Source of the DNA: Cyanobacteriota bacterium
GTDB taxonomy: Bacteria > Cyanobacteriota > Cyanobacteriia > Cyanobacteriales > Nostocaceae
Direction of reading: 5' to 3'
DNA length: 35,923 bases
Assembly: GCA_046045965.1 (NCBI GenBank)
Contig: JBJOKS010000040.1
Location: 1 to 35,923 of the forward strand
Notes under the pieces: generated by a model
Database searches by the model: none
The model's input: the letters and a program-made list of their open reading frames with translations, nothing else
What the model was told of the DNA's origin: nothing
Shown: positions 21,542 through 27,178 of the stretch, one piece after another
How the letters are laid out: each line of letters begins with the position of its first letter
Position numbering within the stretch: position 1 is the first letter of the stretch
Translations under genes and position numbers: made by a program

Positions 21542-22287
21542 TATTCCTCAATGGGGAAAAACTCCTTATTCCTGCGAGAATAAGACCAAGCAATGCCATC
21601 AGGATCACGACTTCGACACCACTCAGAAAAATCTGGGTCATTGCGACGTTTGTAAACCGTGCTGGAATAAACACCCAAACGTTTTGCTAGTTCAGATTGG
21701 ATCAAAGAACCAAAAACTAACTGTTCTTCCAGAGGTTTTTTTGCTTCCTCATGGGTAGGTTCGGGTAAAGATTCAGATTTAGACTCAGGTTTTGCTTCTT
21801 CCTCCTCTTCCTTCTCCTGTGGAATTGGTGGAGGTGGAGCTAACAGCGATCGCGCTTCTGTAGTCACAGGTCGAGATGGAAGTTTTTCTACTGAATCACT
21901 ACCATCAAGTATGTCGCCAAGAATACTGGCAGTTATAAAGTAGTAGGAAGGACTCTCACTTTCCGAGTCTATTACACTAGCACCAAATTCCTTGGCTTTC
22001 CCTTCCAAGTAACGTTTTGCCTCATTCCCAGAAAAATTACCCTTGATAGCCAAATCTATTGGTGTAATCTTTCCCTGGTTTGCGCGAATTAACTGATAGA
22101 AAAGCGGGTTAACTTGATCACACCACTTTTCCCATCTGTATTGTTGCCAAAGGTTCAAAGCCATCAGCAGCAACAAGCCTATCAGTAAAATTTTCCAGGT
22201 ATTGACAACGAAAACAATCAAAAACGATATCGGCAAAATGAGAACGAGAAAACTTTTCCCGTAATTTTCTATGGTTTTTTCACTCAT
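21541..22287 (-). CDS. Hypothetical membrane protein with a C-terminal HTH-like segment
   Basis: Two N-terminal hydrophobic helices, acidic/proline linker, QSELAKRLGVYSSTVYKRR; the ATG at 22287 is preferred as start. Confidence 0.75.
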   Translation of the reverse strand: MSEKTIENYGKSFLVLILPISFLIVFVVNTWKILLIGLLLLMALNLWQQYRWEKWCDQVNPLFYQLIRANQGKITPIDLAIKGNFSGNEAKRYLEGKAKEFGASVIDSESESPSYYFITASILGDILDGSDSVEKLPSRPVTTEARSLLAPPPPIPQEKEEEEEAKPESKSESLPEPTHEEAKKPLEEQLVFGSLIQSELAKRLGVYSSTVYKRRNDPDFSEWCRSRDPDGIAWSYSRRNKEFFPIEE

Positions 22288-22458
22288 GCTGATTTTTGCC
22301 AAGTGAACTTTTACAAAATAATATTTCTATCTTGGCAAAAATTTGGACATTTGTTTGTATCCCTTGGCAAAATGGCGGCAAATTATTTGGCAAAAGGAAC
22401 TTACACAGGTAATAGGTAACGGTAAACGGATAACTGAGAAAATTTTTTCTCCAGAGTC

Positions 22459-22487
22459 TTGACATCTGAAAATACAGATACTACATT
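22459..22487 (+). promoter_or_regulatory. Sigma70-type promoter for the tRNA-like RNA array
   Basis: TTGACA (22459-22464), 17-bp spacer, TACATT (22482-22487); 40 bp upstream of unit 1. Confidence 0.75.
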
Positions 22488-22527
22488 AATAATACAAGCG
22501 ACATTCCCAAAGGAGTTAGCTTTCAAC

Positions 22528-22663
22528 GTAGCGGATAGCTCAAATGCTAGAGCGCCCACCTTGCCTTTTTAGGCCGACCTATCGAGGGTTATCGTAATCT
22601 TGTAAATTAAAATACCCTTGGTTAAAATCCCGGAGATGTAGGCTAAATTCCTGCTCCGCTACA
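22528..22663 (+). ncRNA. tRNA-like / putative permuted Y RNA, unit 1 (degenerate D and T loops)
   Basis: Acceptor GTAGCGGA/TCCGCTAC, D arm GCTC-AAATGCTA-GAGC, T arm GTAGG-CTAAATT-CCTGC, conserved module at 22560-22594. Confidence 0.7.
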
Positions 22664-22743
22664 CTCAAAACAATTTTAGATTTTGGATTTTGGATTTTGG
22701 ATTTGCAATAATGTTTTCTAAACTCTAACTTTTGACTTTTTCT

Positions 22744-22881
22744 GCGGGGATAGCTCAGTTTGGTAGAGCATTGAAAGGGGTAAAACCCATAGTCCTTGAT
22801 TAATAAACTTGCCTGAAAAGGCCGACTAATTGAGGGTTATCGTCAATTCATTGGTCATAGGTTCAATTCCTATTCCCCGCG
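22744..22881 (+). ncRNA. tRNA-like / putative permuted Y RNA, unit 2
   Basis: Acceptor GCGGGGA/TCCCCGC, D arm GCTC-AGTTTGGTA-GAGC, T arm ATAGG-TTCAATT-CCTAT; module at 22808-22842 in place of the anticodon loop. Confidence 0.82.
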
Positions 22882-22967
22882 CAAAAAAAAATTTAGATTT
22901 TAGATTTTAGATTTTGGATTAAAAACTTTAATTTCTAAAATCTTACTTTTGACTTTTGAATTGTTAT

Positions 22968-23105
22968 GTAGTGGGTGGCGAAACTGGTAAACGCACCAGA
23001 TTAAATCCTTAATTTATCAACTTGTCTGAAAAGGCCGAAAAGTTGAGGGTTATCGGGTTCTGGCGATGAAAATCTTGTAGGTTCAATTCCTACCCCACTA
23101 CACCA
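22968..23105 (+). ncRNA. tRNA-like / putative permuted Y RNA, unit 3 (Leu-like class II body, encoded CCA)
   Basis: Acceptor GTAGTGGG/CCCACTAC plus A-CCA, D arm GCG-AAACTGGTAAA-CGC, anticodon stem CCAGA/TCTGG, variable arm GAT-GAAA-ATC, T arm GTAGG-TTCAATT-CCTAC, module at 23021-23055. Confidence 0.85.
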
Positions 23106-23136
23106 AACCCATAATTTTGACTTTTGACTTTTGCTT

Positions 23137-23261
23137 GTGGCAGGTAGTTCAATGGTAGAACGCTATTATCCTTATTCACACCTTGCCTTTTAGGCCGAAG
23201 AATTGAGGGTTATCGTCTGATAAACGAGAGGTTGCGGGTTCAAATCCCGCTCTGCCACCCA
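23137..23261 (+). ncRNA. tRNA-like / putative permuted Y RNA, unit 4 (encoded CCA)
   Basis: Acceptor GTGGCAGG/TCTGCCAC plus CCA, D arm GTTC-AATGGTA-GAAC, T arm GCGGG-TTCAAAT-CCCGC, module at 23182-23215. Confidence 0.82.
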
Positions 23262-23333
23262 ATTAATTTTTGATTTTGGATCTTAGATTTGAAACAAGGT
23301 AATTGATGATTGAAATCAGGTAAATAAGTAGAT

Positions 23334-24299
23334 TTAGCTAAACCAAACTAGCCAAAGAGGGAGTGCTAAAAATAACCCCACAAAAGTCAAAGCAATACTA
23401 CTAGATAACAAATCCCGATCCAAATCATAAACTTCCGCCAAAATCAGTACAGAAAGCCCTGTAGGTGTGCCAGACATCAGCACCAGCACTAAACGCTGTT
23501 CCCCTATTATACCTAAATAGGTTGCTCCTAATCCTACCAGCAAAGGTACAATTAAGACTTTAACCGCGCTGGCAATTGAAGCGATCGCTAAACTTTCCCA
23601 TGATCTCATCTTTCCTAGTCGCAAACCAACCAGTAACAAAGCTAAAGCAATGACTACCCAAACAGCTTGATCTAAACCTGACTCAACTACTGCTGGCAAT
23701 GCAATAAACTGGGTATTTAAACCAATCACAAATGTCCATAGACTGGGAACTGTGACTATATCTCGCAACTGCACCCACCAATGGTTTTCGGTTTCTTTTT
23801 GACCAAAATAACTAGCAATTAAAACCGCAATTCCATAAGTACCGACTACATTAGTAGTCACACTAAACAACACTGCCATACCAGTATTTTCTGGGCTAGT
23901 TAGCACTTGTGTGAGCGTTAGTCCTACGAAACCAGTATTCCCTAAAATTGCTGCCAGAATAAAGCTGCCTAAACTAGCTCTGATGACCGATACTGGCACA
24001 TCTACAGTTTCCAGTTCTGACTGCATTTTGGTAGTTATTAACCATTGCCAAGCCCACCAAGTTAACAGTGCTAAAACTAAACTCAGCAGCAAAACTGCGA
24101 TCGCTATTCCGGGGATAAGTCCACCCTCAGATGAGTTTGTATGACGCGCTAATACTAAAAGTTGTAGAGGAACTCCCACCCAGTAAAGTCCCTGACCTAA
24201 CAACCTAAGAAAAATAACTGCGGTGAAGCGAGATAATACAAGTCCTAAACCTATCCAGATAAATAGAGGTGTGTAGGCATGAAATAAGGTATCAATCAT
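23334..24299 (-). CDS. AEC (auxin efflux carrier / malate permease-like) family transporter
   Basis: About 10 hydrophobic helices with GNTGFVGL, ALLLVGL, KVLIVPLL and PTGLSVLILAEVYDLD motifs. Confidence 0.88.
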   Translation of the reverse strand: MIDTLFHAYTPLFIWIGLGLVLSRFTAVIFLRLLGQGLYWVGVPLQLLVLARHTNSSEGGLIPGIAIAVLLLSLVLALLTWWAWQWLITTKMQSELETVDVPVSVIRASLGSFILAAILGNTGFVGLTLTQVLTSPENTGMAVLFSVTTNVVGTYGIAVLIASYFGQKETENHWWVQLRDIVTVPSLWTFVIGLNTQFIALPAVVESGLDQAVWVVIALALLLVGLRLGKMRSWESLAIASIASAVKVLIVPLLVGLGATYLGIIGEQRLVLVLMSGTPTGLSVLILAEVYDLDRDLLSSSIALTFVGLFLALPLWLVWFS

Positions 24300-24385
24300 G
24301 GGCAGAAAAATTAAAAAAATTAATCTTAGTTAGCAATGTATCAAGTCTGACACAACGTATTAATTTACTTTGTGGAATCTCAAAA

Positions 24386-24405
24386 TTGCCTGAAAAGGCC
24401 GAGGA
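24386..24405 (+). promoter_or_regulatory. Bare copy of the putative Ro-binding hairpin overlapping the Shine-Dalgarno sequence of the Ro gene
   Basis: TTGCCT-GAAA-AGGCCGA (24386-24402) is identical to the unit 2 core; GAGGA at 24401-24405 lies 8 nt before ATG 24414. Confidence 0.7.
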
Positions 24406-24413
24406 AAGAAGCA

Positions 24414-26015
24414 ATGAATTACAACTTCTTTACTAAAAAGAAAACAGCTACACCCCAAAATCAGCCTATTCCCGGACGGGAAGCAGAGATGATCAAAGGA
24501 CGTAGTGGCGGCTATATGTTTGATGCTGGTATTTGGAAAATGCTGCGCCGTTGTTTGTTGATAGGAACAGCACAAAGCACATACTACGCTGGTAAACAAG
24601 AATTAACAGAAGAATTTGCCAAAGTTGTCACCCAAGCAGTTGCCGAAAATCCTGGAAAAGTAGCCGAAGAAATTCTCTATGCTAGTGATGGCCGCGCCAT
24701 AAATAACAGTGCGCCAATTCTAGCATTAGTATTACTTTCAATGGGTGAAACTCCAGAAGCAAAAAAAGCATTTGGTGAAATTTTTCCCCAAGTTGTCCGC
24801 ACAGGTAGCCATTTTTATGAATGGTTGAACTACACCAAATCTTTGCGCGGTTTTGGTAAAGTTATCCGCGAAGCTGGTAAAACTTGGCTATCAAGAGAAG
24901 ATGTCAAAAGTTTGGCTTATCAGCTTTTGAAATATCAACAACGTCAAGGTTTTACTCACCGAGATGCTTTGCGATTATTTCATGTTAAACCACCTACAGA
25001 AAATCACCGTCAATTATTTGAATGGGTGGTTAAAGGTTGGGAAGAATTACCAGCAGAAATACCATCGGATGCGTTAGCGCAGATTTGGTGGTATGAATGG
25101 TTAAAACGCAACCCTAGCGAAACTCATACAGCTATTTCTCAAGGACGCTTAACCCATGAAATGGCTGCACCTGTGGGTAACATGGATAAGCAAGCTTGGA
25201 ATTTATTATTTCAAGAAATGCCTATAGGGGCAATGTTGCGGAATTTAGGTTCTTTGACTCAATTAGAGGTTTTGCGGGCTGATGAAGGCGCGAATTTGCA
25301 GCGTGTGGAAGCAGTTCTCAATAACCAAGAACATCTGCGAAAAGGTCGAATTCATCCTATTGATGTGTTGAAAGCACTCAAAACTTATCAGTCTGGAGGT
25401 AGTTTAGGACGTAGCCAAAAAACTTGGAAACCTGTTTCCCGCATTGTGGACATTTTGGAAAAAGCGGTTGAACTGTCTTTTGAGGTGGTAGAACCGACTG
25501 GTAAAGTGTTTATGCACGCCGTCGATATTTCCGGTTCTATGAGTAGCTGGGTTGCAGATATGGGTTTGAGTTGCTGTGAAATTGCCACGACAATGGCGTT
25601 AGTGACAGCAAAAGCCGAGAAAAATTATGAAATTCGTGGTTTTTCGACTAAGTTTAAAGATTTAGAAATTACTGCGAAGGATAGTTTTAGTTCTGCGGTT
25701 CGTAAAACCAGTAACCAGAATTTTGGGGGAACTGATGCGAGTGTAGCTTATGACTGGATGATTGAGAATAAGTTTAAAGCAGATGTGGTCTGTTTTTGGA
25801 CTGACTCGGAAAGTTGGGCGGGTAATAAACATCCTAGTCAAGCATTGAAGGAGTACCGAAAAAAGGTGAATCCTGATGTGAAGGCGGTTTATGTGACTTT
25901 AACACCTTACCGGATTTCTTTGGTAGATCCTCAAGATCCTTTATCTTGGGATTTTGCGGGGTTTGATCCGAGTATTCCTCGCATTATTCAGATGTTAGCT
26001 AATGACGATTTGTAA
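24414..26015 (+). CDS. rsr: Ro60-related RNA-binding protein (TROVE + vWA domains)
   Basis: LRRCLLIGT..STYY, YQLLKYQQRQGFTHRDALRLFH, MPIGAMLRNLGSLT, RIHPIDVLKALKTYQSG, MIDAS DISGS, GGTDAS, WTDSESW and AGFD; the ATG at 24414 has an SD and is preferred over the GTG at 24372. Confidence 0.95.
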   Translation: MNYNFFTKKKTATPQNQPIPGREAEMIKGRSGGYMFDAGIWKMLRRCLLIGTAQSTYYAGKQELTEEFAKVVTQAVAENPGKVAEEILYASDGRAINNSAPILALVLLSMGETPEAKKAFGEIFPQVVRTGSHFYEWLNYTKSLRGFGKVIREAGKTWLSREDVKSLAYQLLKYQQRQGFTHRDALRLFHVKPPTENHRQLFEWVVKGWEELPAEIPSDALAQIWWYEWLKRNPSETHTAISQGRLTHEMAAPVGNMDKQAWNLLFQEMPIGAMLRNLGSLTQLEVLRADEGANLQRVEAVLNNQEHLRKGRIHPIDVLKALKTYQSGGSLGRSQKTWKPVSRIVDILEKAVELSFEVVEPTGKVFMHAVDISGSMSSWVADMGLSCCEIATTMALVTAKAEKNYEIRGFSTKFKDLEITAKDSFSSAVRKTSNQNFGGTDASVAYDWMIENKFKADVVCFWTDSESWAGNKHPSQALKEYRKKVNPDVKAVYVTLTPYRISLVDPQDPLSWDFAGFDPSIPRIIQMLANDDL

Positions 26016-26072
26016 GTGTTGCTGTAGATTGTTTGATGAGGGATAAATACAAGTTTATCCTTTATCTTTCTT

Positions 26073-26176
26073 GGCGGGTTTCCCTTATTCGCAACTTGCC
26101 TTTTTAGGCCGATGAATTTAGGGTTATCGGATGAAGTCTCGAAAGAGATTAGCGGGTTCAAATCCCGCACCCGCCG
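26073..26176 (+). ncRNA. tRNA-like / putative permuted Y RNA, unit 5 (no D arm), downstream of rsr
   Basis: Acceptor GGCGGGT/ACCCGCC, module at 26095-26129, extra arm GTCTC-GAAA-GAGAT, T arm GCGGG-TTCAAAT-CCCGC, followed by a T run. Confidence 0.8.
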
Positions 26177-26197
26177 TTTTTTGTTTGATATTGGGAT

Positions 26198-26226
26198 GTT
26201 GGGTTTTCTTGCGTCAACCCAACCTA
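26198..26226. repeat. REP-like palindromic element
   Basis: GTTGGGTT-TTCTTGCGTC-AACCCAAC-CTAC hairpin between convergent units. Confidence 0.55.
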
Positions 26227-26246
26227 CGTTTTTAGTTAGTTTTGGG

Positions 26247-27017
26247 TTAAATTGTATCGGGATCAATATTTAATTCCCGCAATTTTGCTGCTAAACGTTC
26301 TGCTTTTTTAGCTTCACGTTCTGCTTTTTTAGCTTCACGTTCTGCTCTTTCTGCTTCATGTTCTGCTTTTGCTGCTTCATGTTTTGCTCTTTGTGCTTCA
26401 TGTTCTGCGCTTTCTTCTGGTGTAGGTACTAGTTCTCCTTGTGCTGTGAAATAACGTAATAACCCATCATAAATTCCTAAATATAAACCCAGTTGCTTAC
26501 TCCATAAATGTCCTTTTTCATGTACTTGTAGGGGTTGATATTCTCCATCTATTAAATGAAAACCTGCAAATTCTAAAGTATAGGGATCAAACCAAAAATA
26601 GTCGGGTGTACGGAATTTATTTTGATAAAGTTCTTTTTTTAATCCTCTATCACTTTTCGCTGTTGTTGGTGAAAGAATTTCCACTATTACATGAGGGTAT
26701 TGTCCGTCTTCTTCCCACACTACCCAACTTTTACGGGTTTTTCTGTCAGTTCCTAAAACTACAAAAAAATCTGGTCCTCGATAATCTTCTGATTTTTTCT
26801 GATTAGGACTATAATAAATACTCAGATTTCCCGCAGCATAGAAATCTGTTCTATCTTTCCATAACCATTCTAAACATTTTAAGAGCAAGATAATTTGTCG
26901 TAAATGTAGTTCTGTTTCCACTGGTGGTTCATCACTATATAAGTCACTGGGAGGAAAAATGATCTCTTCATCTTCAGAGATACTTTTTTCTGCTGTTATT
27001 TCTTGAGTAATCATCAT
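26247..27017 (-). CDS. Uma2 (DUF820) family PD-(D/E)XK endonuclease-like protein with a coiled-coil repeat tail
   Basis: SDEPPVETELH, GPDFFVV, SWVVWEED, IVEILSPTT, YFWFDP, (AEREAKK)n tail and LRELNIDPD. Confidence 0.93.
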   Translation of the reverse strand: MMITQEITAEKSISEDEEIIFPPSDLYSDEPPVETELHLRQIILLLKCLEWLWKDRTDFYAAGNLSIYYSPNQKKSEDYRGPDFFVVLGTDRKTRKSWVVWEEDGQYPHVIVEILSPTTAKSDRGLKKELYQNKFRTPDYFWFDPYTLEFAGFHLIDGEYQPLQVHEKGHLWSKQLGLYLGIYDGLLRYFTAQGELVPTPEESAEHEAQRAKHEAAKAEHEAERAEREAKKAEREAKKAERLAAKLRELNIDPDTI

Positions 27018-27178
27018 GATATGATACCAAGTAGTTATTTGTTTATTTTAACATTAATTGTTTGATAGCGTAGCGTGGCCTAAGCCATATCAGGATGTCC
27101 AGGATTTAAGGATTAACAGGATGTTTTTTATTGAACATCTTTTTTGTCTGAATCAGGATGTCCTTACCAATTACTAAA

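Noticed and set aside
22571..22814. Canonical YrlA topology running from AGGCCGA of one unit to CTTGCCT of the next
   Set aside because: Acceptor strands pair within units, not between neighbours, and the solitary unit 5 is complete by itself. It is not fully excluded without RNA end mapping.
22560..23215. CRISPR array interpretation of the recurring ~35-nt motif
   Set aside because: Copies are 160-250 bp apart, internally variable and embedded in tRNA folds, and no cas genes are present.
22744..23261. Ordinary tRNA cluster or tRNAs with group I introns
   Set aside because: There is no 7-nt anticodon loop. The inserts are well under 100 nt, far too short for a group I or II ribozyme core, and the same motif occurs outside tRNA bodies at 24386.
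24337..24352. Possible NtcA box upstream of rsr (TGTA-N8-GACA)
   Set aside because: It mismatches the GTA-N8-TAC consensus and has no properly spaced -10 element; too weak to call.
24372..24413. N-terminal extension of Rsr from GTG 24372
   Set aside because: ATG 24414 has a well-spaced GAGGA, and the extension is better explained as a leader containing the RNA hairpin.
25988..26266. 92-aa minus-strand ORF
   Set aside because: It is antisense to RNA unit 5 and a palindromic repeat, with no recognisable protein features.
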